Part shown: piece after piece, positions 24,599-34,326 of the stretch
How positions within the stretch are numbered: position 1 is the stretch's first letter
Layout of the letters: each line of letters opens with the position of its first letter
From: Gemmatimonadota bacterium
GTDB lineage: Bacteria; Latescibacterota; UBA2968; UBA8231
Assembly (NCBI GenBank): GCA_038128265.1
Contig: JAYPJE010000035.1
Coordinates: 1 to 43,544 of the forward strand
DNA length: 43,544 nucleotides
Direction: 5' to 3'
Translations under genes and position numbers: made by a program
Notes under the pieces: generated by a model
What the model saw: the letters and a program-made list of their open reading frames with translations, nothing else
Told to the model about the DNA's origin: nothing
Databases searched by the model: none

Positions 24599-27500
24599 AG
24601 CTGGCCAACGGCCGAAGCGGCTCTTGCGTGTGTGGGGTCGAGCGAGAGAATGTACTTCCACTGCGCTAGTGCGCCCTGCTTGTCACCCTCGGCGAGCAAC
24701 ACCTGGGCCAGCCCATCGCGGGCGTCAATGCTATTGCCATCGTTTTCAATTACCCGATTAAACAGCTGTTTGGCCTGATCGAGATTGCCCACCATGGCGT
24801 ATGCCATAGCCAAATTCGTATTGATAATATCGTGCCGCGAGTCGATGGTCAGAGCGAAGGTATATACGGCAATCGAGCGCTGAAATTCCCCAATGCGAAA
24901 ATAGGCCTGGGCCAGATCGAACACGGCCAGGCCAAACGTTTGGTCTAGCGCGCAGGCTCGCTCGAAAAAGCGGATGGCCTCGTTTACGCGTCCCTCGAGC
25001 ATATGCAATTTGCCGAAGCCGTGGTATGCCGGCGCATACAGAGAGTCTAAACGATTGGCTGTTGCAAAGTGCCGCGCAGCGGCCTCTTTGCGCCCCTGCT
25101 CTACGTAGGCCAGCCCCAGCAGGGCATGTGCCCGCGTGCTGTCTGGAAAGAGTGCAACCTTTTCCCTGAAGCGCTCGACGCTTTCTTGCAGCGGCTGCAG
25201 GCGCGTGAAGTTCTGGTTGGCGACGGCGGCCTGAGCGGAGTTTCCCAGCTGGGCAAAAACGCGCGACAGGTGCAAATGGGGGGCGGGCTGCCAGGGCGCC
25301 AGTCGCGCGGCCGATGTGAAGCTGGCCAGTGCCCCGGTTGGGTCATTGGAACGCATGTGGGCCAAGCCCAGCCAATTGTGCACTTCCCAGTTGAGCGAGT
25401 CGACGCGTGCGGCGTGCGCAAAGGCCTCCCTTGCCTGTTGAATTTGGTTTAAGCTCAAATAGGCCTTGCCGAGCAAGGTGTGGGCATCGCTGTTATTGGG
25501 CGCCGATCGCGTTGTTTCTGAGAGGATGTCGACCGCTCGCTGGTAGTCGCCCATGCCCTGAAAAAATACCATGGCGAGATTGACCTGCAGCGCGGGGTTT
25601 TGCGGGGCTAAGCGCACGGCGCTTTCGAGCATCTTCCTAGCCGCATCATACTGTCCCTGGTCATACAGCGTTTGTCCGGCGCGGGCAAAGTCCGTTGCGC
25701 TCCAATTAGACCGATCGACCGCCTGCTGTTGGCTTCCCGCCGGGCGCGCGGCGCGCGGGGTGCTGTCGACCGCAGGCTCTTCCATGCTGCGTGCATCGAC
25801 CACTTGGTTAAAGGAGAGCGGGCGCCAATCTCCCTGTTCGTCAATGCGGATGTATGTCTGGCTGGGTAGGTCCGTTAGCACGTGCACCTGGCCGGAGGGC
25901 CAGAAGACCGACAGGGTATCGAGGCGTTCGTCGGGTCGCAAGCCAAAGACGAGACGCGGATCGCTCTGCGCCTGAAAGCCGCGTCCTCTATTGACGTAGC
26001 GCGTCCGCGTAGTGCGGTTCGTTTTCACAACGACGCGGGCGCCAACGCCATCGCGGTTGCTCTGCATGCCGGTCAGCTGCACGCCAATCCAGCTGTTTGC
26101 GCGCGGCGTGTCGTTGCGCAAAAGATCCGGCGTATCGTTGAGGTTGTTGATAACGATATCTAGGTCGCCGTCGTTATCGTAGTCAAACACAGCGCCACCG
26201 CGGCTGACTTTTTCAACCTGCCATCCAGGTCCGCCGTCGACGGGAGTGTACGTGCCGCCGTCGTTTCTATACAGCAGGTTTTTCTGTGCATAGTGCAGCC
26301 CATCGGGCAGCTGCTCGAGTTGTGGATAAATGTGGCCATTGGCCACGTAGAGGTCTAGGTCGCCGTCGTTATCAAAATCGAAGAAGCGGGTAGACCAGCC
26401 CAAATAAGGGCGCACGACGCTGCCGAGTCCGGCGGCATAGGTGCGGTCGGCAAAGACGCCCGTTCCATCGTTTAGGTAAAGCGTGTTCACGTCGTCGGAA
26501 AAGTTGGTGACGACGATGTCGATATCCCCGTCGTCGTCAAAGTCGGCCGCATCTACGCCCATTCCAGCCTGGGCGCGGCCCTCTTCGCTATAGGCGAGTC
26601 CGGCTTCAATGGCCCGCTCCCGAAAAGTCCACTGTCCGATGTTCTCAAAGAGTAGATTGCGCTCGGAGTCGTTGGCAACGTAAATGTCTAGGTCCGCGTC
26701 GCTGTCGACATCTGCAAAGACGACGCCGAGCGCCGGCAGCGAAAAGTCGCCAATGGGCGTTTGCGCGCTCACGTCGACAAACGCGTTGTTACCCCTATTT
26801 CGATACAGCCGATCGCTGCTGCTGATCATGCCCTGCGGGCCGCAAAATGTGTCCAATCCTTTGTAGCTGCACTTGAGCGGCCCCGTCGGCGGATGATCGA
26901 AATCAAACGCCACGTAGTTTGTGACATACAGGTCGAGCAGACCATCCCGATCCAAATCGCCAAAGGCGGCGCTGGCCCCCCAGGCCGAATCCGCCACGCC
27001 GGCCTCTGCGCCCACTTCGCTAAACGTGGCGTCACCCTCGTTGAGGTATAATCTGTTTTTCCCGAGGTAGGTTACATACAGATCGACGTCGCCATCATTG
27101 TCCGTATCGCCGACGGCGGCGCCCATGCCCCAGCCAACGGACACGAGGTCAGCTGCCGACGTCTGGTCGCTGAATGTGCCATCTCGGTTGTTGATATAGA
27201 ATCGTTGGCTGGTCGCTACGTCGGGCGGCGATAGCCTGTTGCCGCCAACCAAGAAAAGGTCCAAGTAGCCGTCGGCATCCGCGTCGAAGACGGCGACGCC
27301 CGCCGACATGGTTTCGCCGATATAGCCTTGTTCGGGGCTGCCCGAAACGGTTTGCTCCACAATGCCAGCGCGCTCGCTGACGTCGACAAATCGCGCAGCA
27401 GGCGTCGAACTCACATCCACTGGCCGATCCTGATCGGCTGTGTGTGACGGCTGTGTGTCTGCGGCGTTTGACTCCGGTGGGTCGGGCTTTTCCTGCGGCC

Positions 27501-27615
27501 CGGCACAGGCCAAAAACAGCATCTGCGAGAGGGCGAAGAGCACACCCGCGAACGTGCGATAGCACCCGGGGCGGTGAGCTGAAGGGAAAGACGGTTTACG
27601 GAGAGCGCGGATCAC
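24595..27615 (-). CDS. FG-GAP/ASPIC-UnbV (CRTAC1-like) beta-propeller lipoprotein with C-terminal TPRs
   Basis: Lipobox FLA-C; repeated DxDxDGxxD(L/I)Y motifs (DADADGYLDLF, DTDNDGDVDLY, DLDRDGLLDLY, DFDDDGDIDI, DFDNDGDLDLY, DYDNDGDLDI); ASPIC motif SNRDGVGARV..FGL..VFWPSG; TPR tail. Confidence 0.9.
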   Translation of the reverse strand: MIRALRKPSFPSAHRPGCYRTFAGVLFALSQMLFLACAGPQEKPDPPESNAADTQPSHTADQDRPVDVSSTPAARFVDVSERAGIVEQTVSGSPEQGYIGETMSAGVAVFDADADGYLDLFLVGGNRLSPPDVATSQRFYINNRDGTFSDQTSAADLVSVGWGMGAAVGDTDNDGDVDLYVTYLGKNRLYLNEGDATFSEVGAEAGVADSAWGASAAFGDLDRDGLLDLYVTNYVAFDFDHPPTGPLKCSYKGLDTFCGPQGMISSSDRLYRNRGNNAFVDVSAQTPIGDFSLPALGVVFADVDSDADLDIYVANDSERNLLFENIGQWTFRERAIEAGLAYSEEGRAQAGMGVDAADFDDDGDIDIVVTNFSDDVNTLYLNDGTGVFADRTYAAGLGSVVRPYLGWSTRFFDFDNDGDLDLYVANGHIYPQLEQLPDGLHYAQKNLLYRNDGGTYTPVDGGPGWQVEKVSRGGAVFDYDNDGDLDIVINNLNDTPDLLRNDTPRANSWIGVQLTGMQSNRDGVGARVVVKTNRTTRTRYVNRGRGFQAQSDPRLVFGLRPDERLDTLSVFWPSGQVHVLTDLPSQTYIRIDEQGDWRPLSFNQVVDARSMEEPAVDSTPRAARPAGSQQQAVDRSNWSATDFARAGQTLYDQGQYDAARKMLESAVRLAPQNPALQVNLAMVFFQGMGDYQRAVDILSETTRSAPNNSDAHTLLGKAYLSLNQIQQAREAFAHAARVDSLNWEVHNWLGLAHMRSNDPTGALASFTSAARLAPWQPAPHLHLSRVFAQLGNSAQAAVANQNFTRLQPLQESVERFREKVALFPDSTRAHALLGLAYVEQGRKEAAARHFATANRLDSLYAPAYHGFGKLHMLEGRVNEAIRFFERACALDQTFGLAVFDLAQAYFRIGEFQRSIAVYTFALTIDSRHDIINTNLAMAYAMVGNLDQAKQLFNRVIENDGNSIDARDGLAQVLLAEGDKQGALAQWKYILSLDPTHARAASAVGQL

Positions 27616-27638
27616 GGCTTATGCTAGGTACGAGTGGG

Positions 27639-28409
27639 CTAATGCGAGTCAACGGGTGTTGTAGAGAAGGTTACAATGCCAAAGCGATCTGGAGCGTGAA
27701 ACTGCGGCTTGGGACGCAGGGTGTTCGACCACGTAGCATACTGGAGGTTGATGTCGCCGCCGGTCCTGTAGAGGTTGAGGCGCCACGGCTGGCCCTGCTT
27801 GGGTGGGATATCCGGCGCAAAGGGCTCGAACACGGATAGCGGTATGGCGACTTCCATCGTCCAATAATCGTCCACGTCGGACGTGTCGTTTATGGTACCT
27901 GCGATGTGACTGGCGACCTTGATGCCGTCGGCGTTCCACCGGCTGCTGCGCTCCATATGGGGCGAGCGGTCGAGTATGGTAGTAATCGCGTTGAACTCAA
28001 AGTTAAAATAGTTTTCGACGCGCGCCGTATCCGGTGCGATAAAGACCTCGACGCAGTCGTCCCTGGAAACGGGGTCGTCGCGCTGCGTGAGATGGGAAGA
28101 TATAAACGCGTCATAGGCCGTAAAGAAAACGTATAGGTAAGAGCGGTCCCACAGCATCCGCACTTCCGTCCGCTCTTTCTCTCCGCCCTCAAACCAGGGG
28201 TAGGAGAATTCGTCGATAACGGGTGCTTGCTGCCAGGCCGGTTCCGTCCACAGGCCGTCGATGCGAATCGAGTCGGTTACCGAATAGATTTCGTACGTAG
28301 GCAGCGGGAATTCCGCTTGAGCGAATGACGCTGTGTTAGATAGGAACAGGCAGAGTAGCGCGGCGCGGGCGATGCGCATCGCCGTGCGTGCAGGGTCCGA
28401 TAGATGCAT
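27639..28409 (-). CDS. Secreted carbohydrate-binding family 9-like (DOMON-like) protein
   Basis: Signal peptide; IDGLWTEPAW, TEVRMLWDRSYLYVFF, DDCVEVFI, YFNFEFN, WTMEVAIPL, WRLNLYR, FHAPDRFG. Confidence 0.85.
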   Translation of the reverse strand: MHLSDPARTAMRIARAALLCLFLSNTASFAQAEFPLPTYEIYSVTDSIRIDGLWTEPAWQQAPVIDEFSYPWFEGGEKERTEVRMLWDRSYLYVFFTAYDAFISSHLTQRDDPVSRDDCVEVFIAPDTARVENYFNFEFNAITTILDRSPHMERSSRWNADGIKVASHIAGTINDTSDVDDYWTMEVAIPLSVFEPFAPDIPPKQGQPWRLNLYRTGGDINLQYATWSNTLRPKPQFHAPDRFGIVTFSTTPVDSH

Positions 28410-28416
28410 ATGGGCG

Positions 28417-29244
28417 CTATCCTTTCACGGCTCCTGCCGTCATGCCTTTGGTGAAGAAGCGCTGGGTAAAGAGAAAGAAGAGCACCGTTGGAACGAGTGC
28501 GATAATGGAAGCCGCAGAGATGTAGCGCCAGTTTACGCCAAAGACGCCCTGCAGGCTGGCCAGCCCGAGTTGCAGCGTGTAGAGGTCGCGGTTTTTCAGC
28601 ACGATCAGCGGCCATATAAAGTCGTTCCACTGTGCGACAAAGGTGAAGGCGGCCAGCGTTGCCAGCGCCGGTTTGACAAGCGGAATCATAATGCGAGAAA
28701 AAATGTGCCAATCGGAGCACCCGTCTATGCGGGCGGCGTCTTCGAGGTCCTTGGGAATCGTCGAAAAGGCTTGGCGAAGCAGGAAAATACCAAAGGCATT
28801 TACGGCGACGGGCAGGATGACGCCGGCGTAGGAATCGACCAGGCCAAGCTTTAGCGTGACGATAAATAGCGGAATTAACAGCACCTGAAAAGGCACCATG
28901 GTGGTTGCGAGAACGGCGTAGAGAATAAATTGGCGACCGCGAAAATGCATGCGGGCCAGGGCAAATCCAGTCATTGAAGAGAGCAGCAAGTTGATTGCAA
29001 CCGTGGCAATGGCAATGTAAAACGTGTTGTACAAGTACCGCATAAAGGGCAGTATATCCCACGCCTTGGCAAAGTTGCTCCACACGATGGGGTCGGGAAT
29101 CCACTGGGGAGGAAAGGCGAATAGGTCAGCCGATTCTGCCTTGAGCGCGGTGGATAGAAGCCATGCGAAAGGGGCCAGCAGCAGCACGGCAATACCGAGC
29201 AGCGCACAGTATAGCAGAACGAGCTGGACGGTTCGGTTGTTCAT
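28417..29244 (-). CDS. Carbohydrate ABC transporter permease (MalG/UgpE type)
   Basis: EAA loop IPKDLEDAARIDGCS; WNDFIWPLIV; QRFFTKGMTAGAVKG. Confidence 0.95.
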   Translation of the reverse strand: MNNRTVQLVLLYCALLGIAVLLLAPFAWLLSTALKAESADLFAFPPQWIPDPIVWSNFAKAWDILPFMRYLYNTFYIAIATVAINLLLSSMTGFALARMHFRGRQFILYAVLATTMVPFQVLLIPLFIVTLKLGLVDSYAGVILPVAVNAFGIFLLRQAFSTIPKDLEDAARIDGCSDWHIFSRIMIPLVKPALATLAAFTFVAQWNDFIWPLIVLKNRDLYTLQLGLASLQGVFGVNWRYISAASIIALVPTVLFFLFTQRFFTKGMTAGAVKG

Positions 29245-30176
29245 TTGCTGTCCCCGTCCAAATCGCCTCCTGCAAAGCGAAAATTGACGTACGACAAGAG
29301 CAGGATAATGCAGAGCAGCAGGAGAGATACAGCGGCCGCATAGCCGACTTCGAGATATTTAAAACCGAGGGTGTAGATGTAATAGGACAGCAGATTCGTG
29401 CGGTGAAAGGGCCCGCCACCCGTCATGACGTACACTTCGCCAAACGTTCTCAGTGAGGCAATCGTGGCCATAATACACACGACGAGCGTGTAGGGGCGAA
29501 CCGCCGGCAGCGTCACGTGCCGGATGACGTTCCACCGGTTGGCGCCGTCCACTTGGGCGGCCTCTTCTAACTCCTTGGGAATGCCCTGCAGGCCAGCCAG
29601 GTAGATGATCATGTAATAGGGCGAAGCCTTCCACAGGGTCACCACGGCGATGGCGACCAGGGCGATTGCCGGCTCGGAAGCCCAGAGCGCATCGGTCTCG
29701 ATGCCAAAGGCGCTCAAGATGACGCTGGGCAAACCGCGCGTATCGACGAGCCACGACGTCCCGCTCAGCCCTAAACCTTGCAGCGTTGCATTGAGCAGCC
29801 CATCGGCGTTATACACCCATTTCCACACGATGCCAGCGACCACGATAGAAGTCACTACTGGGATGTAGTACGCCGTGCGAAAGAGATGAACGCCGCGTAT
29901 GGAGCTATTGACCAACAGGGCGAGTGCAAAGGAAATAACGGTGATAGACGGGACTACGATCAGCGCGTAGAGCAGCGTATTGGCCAGAACGCGCCAGAAC
30001 AGCTCGTCGTCCATGGCGCGCCGAAAGTTGTCTAAGCCGATGTACTCGGGCGCGTTGAAAAGGTTGTACTTATGCAGGCTAAGCCAAAAGGTATCGACGA
30101 GCGGGTAGGCAAAGAATACGGCCAGGAGCAGGAGGCCGGGTGCCATGAATGCGTAGGGAGAATGTCGGTTATACAC
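29241..30176 (-). CDS. Carbohydrate ABC transporter permease (MalF/UgpA type)
   Basis: YIGLDNF, FRTAYYIPVV, YLAGLQGIPKELEEAAQVDGA, VYVMTGGGP, GYAAAVS. Confidence 0.95.
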   Translation of the reverse strand: MYNRHSPYAFMAPGLLLLAVFFAYPLVDTFWLSLHKYNLFNAPEYIGLDNFRRAMDDELFWRVLANTLLYALIVVPSITVISFALALLVNSSIRGVHLFRTAYYIPVVTSIVVAGIVWKWVYNADGLLNATLQGLGLSGTSWLVDTRGLPSVILSAFGIETDALWASEPAIALVAIAVVTLWKASPYYMIIYLAGLQGIPKELEEAAQVDGANRWNVIRHVTLPAVRPYTLVVCIMATIASLRTFGEVYVMTGGGPFHRTNLLSYYIYTLGFKYLEVGYAAAVSLLLLCIILLLSYVNFRFAGGDLDGDSK

Positions 30177-30194
30177 GTAGCGTAGACCTCGGGC

Positions 30195-31508
30195 TCACTG
30201 ATACGCCAGCAGGTGGTTCCATTTGCGCTCCACGCGTTGGAGGGCGCTTTCGATGCTCTGTTTGCCCGCCATAGCCTTGGCAAACTCCTCGTACAGCACG
30301 TCTTCCATGCGGCTCCACCCCGTCACATCGGGCGGTGTCACGACAAAGGAATTGTCGATATCTCCGTATGAGAAGAGATTGGCCCGGTCTGCCAGCGTGA
30401 CGGGCTCGCGCTGAAAGTAGGGACTGGCCGCTGCTTCCTTGGTCGAGGGTAATATGGCCACCTGGCGGCAAAACTCAAGCTGGTTGGCATCGTTGGTAAC
30501 AAATAGGGCAAAATCTACGGCGCGCTCAACGTGAGCAGACATTCTGGGCACGACAATGGCCTGACTGTTGGCGGGAACGCGCCCCAAGCCTCCGCGCGGC
30601 TGGGGCGCAGGCTGGGCTACCCGCTCAAAAGACTGGTCGAAGTAGCGCGTAATCCACCCGCCGGAAAATGGGAACATCGCCGCACGCCCTTCGATAAACC
30701 AGTTTACGTCATCGCGATGCGACGCAGCCAGCGCTTCGGGGGGTATCGTGCCGTTTTGATACGCGTCGACCCACTTTTGCAGTATGGCGGCAGCGGCCGG
30801 GTCATTGATGCGCGTCTTGCTGCGATCCTCGTTGAACAGCGGCCAAAAGCCGTCTATGTGCAGGAGGGCCCACGGTGGCGTGCCCAGTGAAGGGTGCAGG
30901 CGCCAGGAAACGCCGTATTTTCCCGTTTGTTCATAGATTTGCTGGCCCATTGCCAGCATTTCATCTATCGTAGTGGGAGGCCGCTCGGGATCGAGGCCTG
31001 CGCGCTCAAAGAGCGCCTTGTTATACCACAGCATGGAGACGCCCGTATACCAGGGAATGACGTAGTTGCGCCCCTGGTATTGGCCGATGCCGCGCCAAAA
31101 GTTTTCGAAGCGCCTGTCGCGCTCTTCTGCCGAAACGAGAGAATCCATGTCGGCGAGGACGCCGAACTGAAGAAATCGGGGTAGGTCGTAAATGTTTACA
31201 ACGTCGGGAGGGGTTCGCCCCACCAGCGCGGCAAGGAGTTTTTCCGAAACTTCGCCGCCGCTTACGTCCACCCACTTAATCCGCACCCCGGGGTTTTCGG
31301 TCTCATAGGTCTGGATCATGCCGTTGATGTAGTCGGCAAAGGCGTCGCCCAACGCAATGGTCCAAAACTCGATGGTGATCTCTTTGCTGGTGTCGGTCTC
31401 GGAGGAGGCACAGCCGAAACAGCACAGGCAAAGGAGGAGTATAGCTATGTTGCGCAAGGCGCGAATAGGGCGAGCGAGCACAGCGCGGTGGGATCGGAGT
31501 GTGAGCAT
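30195..31508 (-). CDS. Sugar ABC transporter substrate-binding lipoprotein
   Basis: Lipobox CCFG-C; ITIEFWT, YETENPGVRIKWV, PPDVV, LWYNKALFERAGLDPERPPTT, FIEGRAAM. Confidence 0.9.
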   Translation of the reverse strand: MLTLRSHRAVLARPIRALRNIAILLLCLCCFGCASSETDTSKEITIEFWTIALGDAFADYINGMIQTYETENPGVRIKWVDVSGGEVSEKLLAALVGRTPPDVVNIYDLPRFLQFGVLADMDSLVSAEERDRRFENFWRGIGQYQGRNYVIPWYTGVSMLWYNKALFERAGLDPERPPTTIDEMLAMGQQIYEQTGKYGVSWRLHPSLGTPPWALLHIDGFWPLFNEDRSKTRINDPAAAAILQKWVDAYQNGTIPPEALAASHRDDVNWFIEGRAAMFPFSGGWITRYFDQSFERVAQPAPQPRGGLGRVPANSQAIVVPRMSAHVERAVDFALFVTNDANQLEFCRQVAILPSTKEAAASPYFQREPVTLADRANLFSYGDIDNSFVVTPPDVTGWSRMEDVLYEEFAKAMAGKQSIESALQRVERKWNHLLAYQ

Positions 31509-31703
31509 ATTCTACGCAATATACGGGGCAACGGAAGAGCCGGCAACGCGTTGAAGTGCGTCTTTAAATGCGAGACGCATACGGTGAGTGTGCAGGCGAA
31601 AGAGGTGTGGGGAAGTAGGACGGATAACGGTCGAACGCAAAGAGGCCAACAAACGGATTGTCATCTGAGAAAGCACGTGCACCAGACACGGGGAGAACGC
31701 ACT

Positions 31704-34079
31704 ATGCTGAAATATATTCTCGCTATCGCGTGGTTAATGGTCGCAAGCGCGCCGGTTGCATCGCAGCCGGCGTATGGTCCGGGCACGTTTGCCCTCACGC
31801 CGAAGCGGGAGACGACGCTGCAACCGGTCAGCGTGCAGGTCCCACCGGAGTTTGACCACCTGCCCCGGGACCTGACTCTAAACCTGCCGCCGGGCTTTTC
31901 GGCCAGCGTCTTTTCGGCGCACGACTTTAACCGTCCGCGCCTGATGGCTTTTGACGCGCGCGGCGTTCTGCACGTTGCCGATATGAACAACCGCCGCATT
32001 GTCGCCCTGCCAGATGCCGACGCCAACGGCGTGGCCGATGCCGCAATAACGATTGCCGATGGATTTCAGCGCGCTCATAGTCTGGCGTTTATGGGAGACG
32101 CCATGTTCGTGGGTGATCGCCACCAAATCGTTCGCTATCGAGATGTCGACGGCGACGGCACCTATCGCCAGCGGGAGGTCTTCGCCGACAATATTCCATC
32201 GAGCGGCAGCCACTCCACGCGCACGATTGTTTTAGACGAGAAGAACGGCAAGGTCTATCTGTCGGTGGGATGGCCCTGCGACATGTGCCGTTACAACGAG
32301 CCCGAGCGAGGGGTCATTCTAGAGTTCAATATGGACGGCACCGGCCGGCGCGTCTTTGCCAGCGGCGTGCGCAATGTGATCGGTATGGCGCTTCACCCGG
32401 AAACAAACCAGCTCTGGGGCACCAACAACGGACACGATAAAGAGGGCACCGGCATTCCGCCGGAGTGGGTTGATATTATCCGCGAGGGCGGGTTTTACGG
32501 CGTTCCGCTGGCCTATGGCTACAGGTCCTACATCGACTTTACGATTCCCGAGTACGCCAACAATCTGCCGCTTTCTCGCGAGGACTCACTGCTCGTCGGG
32601 CGCATGGAACGGCCCGTTGCCCTGCTGCCGGCCCACACTGCACCGATGGGCATCCACTTTTATGAGGGCAATTTATTTCCAGCACGCTACCGATCAGCGG
32701 CATTCGTAGCGCTGCACGCGGGCCATGCTAAACTGGCGCCTTCGCCCGGCTACAAGGTTGTAGCACTATTTAGCAAACCCGATGGATCCGAAGCATACAG
32801 AGAGGATTTTGTCACGGGATTTCAAACCGGCACGGAAATGGAAGACGTGTGGGGGTTTCCCGTAGGTATTACAACGGATAGCGCGGGCCGCATGTACGTA
32901 TCGAGCGACCTAAATGTGCACGCCATTTTTCGCATTGACCACAGTCCCATAGTGGCAAGAGCCCAATTTGAAGTGGCCGATTCAGTCTATGCGGGATCCG
33001 AATTTCGCCTCAAAGTCACTGTGGGAATAGAGCGGGCACTCCCCGGCGGAAATCCGCCTGAAGTCGTGGCCGATCTCAGTGCGTTTGGCGGTTCCAACGC
33101 AGCGCCTCTCGCGCGCGTAGGCGACGGCGAGTACGCGCTCACGGCTACGTTAAACGCGGGCGTTATCGGCGGTGTAAAGACGGTTTCCGTGCGTGTAAAA
33201 CAGGGTGACGGCAGCAACGAGCACGAGATTCGCTATCCCCATACGCTGGTCGTGATGCCGCCCCAACGCCTGGCCGATCGCATTGTTTTTGACGACGTGC
33301 TGGGCGAGGGATGGCGCGTTGAAAACAAAACGTGGTTGGAAAAGTTGCCCGCCGATCTGGGTGAGGACGGCATCGTATTTGGCGGCGAGCGCTCGGCCGC
33401 TTTCCGCGTCATGGACGGCGATTGGGACTGGGTCGTGCGCTTTCGCCCGGCAGAAACGCTCGAGACGGTGGGCTATGAGCGCCTGCGCTTTGCCGTCAAT
33501 TTAGACCGCATGTTCCATCCTCGTCAAAAGGCGCCGACATTTTCTATCTACATGGGAGAAACGCTCTACGATCTGTTCCGCAGCGGACTCGTCGATACGG
33601 CAAAAGTCGGCTGGCAGGAAGTCGACATTCCCCTGGGCGCGTTCCAGCAGGTGGAAAGGCTCGGAGAAATTAGTTTCTCTGGCAATTTTTCCGGGCGATT
33701 CTACTTGGACGAAATACGGCTAGTCGGCGGTGAAGTTATCACAGCCGTTGCAGAAACCACGAGCGGTGTGCCGCACGCTCTGCAACTCAAACCAAGCGTG
33801 CCCAATCCGTTTAACAGCGGCACGCTCATTCGCTATTCCGTTCCGGCCGATCTGCAGGTGTCGATGGATATTTTTAATGCGACGGGTCAGCGCGTCGTTA
33901 AGTTGGTGCGCGCCATGCGCCGCGCGGGCGATTATCAGGTTCACTGGGATGGAAGAGACGAGCGCGGCAATGACGTGGCATCGGGTGTATATATATGTCA
34001 GCTGCGCGTAACGGGACGTGGGCTGCGTGCAGCGGAGGGGCTGCAGGTGCGCACGCAGAAGCTATTGCTCGTTCGCTAG
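31704..34079 (+). CDS. Secreted PQQ-dependent sugar dehydrogenase (sorbosone dehydrogenase-like propeller) with Ig/CBM-like domains and C-terminal FlgD-Ig/T9SS-like sorting domain
   Basis: ATG 31704 (GGAG RBS), signal peptide; LPPGFSASVF, RPRLMAF, FASGVRNVIGMALHP, LWGTNNG, GGFYGVP, AHTAPMGIHFY, PVGI..DSAGRMYVS; C-terminal PNPFNSGTLIRY...WDGRDERGNDVASGVY...QKLLLVR. Confidence 0.85.
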   Translation: MLKYILAIAWLMVASAPVASQPAYGPGTFALTPKRETTLQPVSVQVPPEFDHLPRDLTLNLPPGFSASVFSAHDFNRPRLMAFDARGVLHVADMNNRRIVALPDADANGVADAAITIADGFQRAHSLAFMGDAMFVGDRHQIVRYRDVDGDGTYRQREVFADNIPSSGSHSTRTIVLDEKNGKVYLSVGWPCDMCRYNEPERGVILEFNMDGTGRRVFASGVRNVIGMALHPETNQLWGTNNGHDKEGTGIPPEWVDIIREGGFYGVPLAYGYRSYIDFTIPEYANNLPLSREDSLLVGRMERPVALLPAHTAPMGIHFYEGNLFPARYRSAAFVALHAGHAKLAPSPGYKVVALFSKPDGSEAYREDFVTGFQTGTEMEDVWGFPVGITTDSAGRMYVSSDLNVHAIFRIDHSPIVARAQFEVADSVYAGSEFRLKVTVGIERALPGGNPPEVVADLSAFGGSNAAPLARVGDGEYALTATLNAGVIGGVKTVSVRVKQGDGSNEHEIRYPHTLVVMPPQRLADRIVFDDVLGEGWRVENKTWLEKLPADLGEDGIVFGGERSAAFRVMDGDWDWVVRFRPAETLETVGYERLRFAVNLDRMFHPRQKAPTFSIYMGETLYDLFRSGLVDTAKVGWQEVDIPLGAFQQVERLGEISFSGNFSGRFYLDEIRLVGGEVITAVAETTSGVPHALQLKPSVPNPFNSGTLIRYSVPADLQVSMDIFNATGQRVVKLVRAMRRAGDYQVHWDGRDERGNDVASGVYICQLRVTGRGLRAAEGLQVRTQKLLLVR

Positions 34080-34326
34080 GCGCTACTCGACTTCTATTTC
34101 CACACTGCGCACGACCCGGTTGCCTCGACAGCGTTAGCCAGCCGTCCCAATGCGTTGTCAGGCCAGCGCGCTGCCCGCACTCTTTGCTCCAGGCTGCCGT
34201 GACCGGCCCGTAGGCTACATGCAAATAGATAGATTGTGCCGTTACACTGAAGCGCCTTGGGATGGGAGGCGTCCAATTGCACGTGTCCGTTGGAGCGTGC
34301 AGCAATTCCTTTTGAGAAAGAGATAC

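Noticed and set aside
26150..27300. Recurrent GTCGCCGTCGTTATC-like DNA repeats as a possible CRISPR or repeat array
   Set aside because: They encode the DxDNDGD FG-GAP motifs of the ASPIC/UnbV protein; spacing is irregular and no cas genes are present.
31488..31703. Long N-terminal extensions in the ORF track (also 5966, 21978, 23678, 34150, 40834)
   Set aside because: Downstream starts have better RBSs and/or place signal peptides or family motifs at the N-terminus; the extensions run through hairpins, promoters or neighbouring genes.
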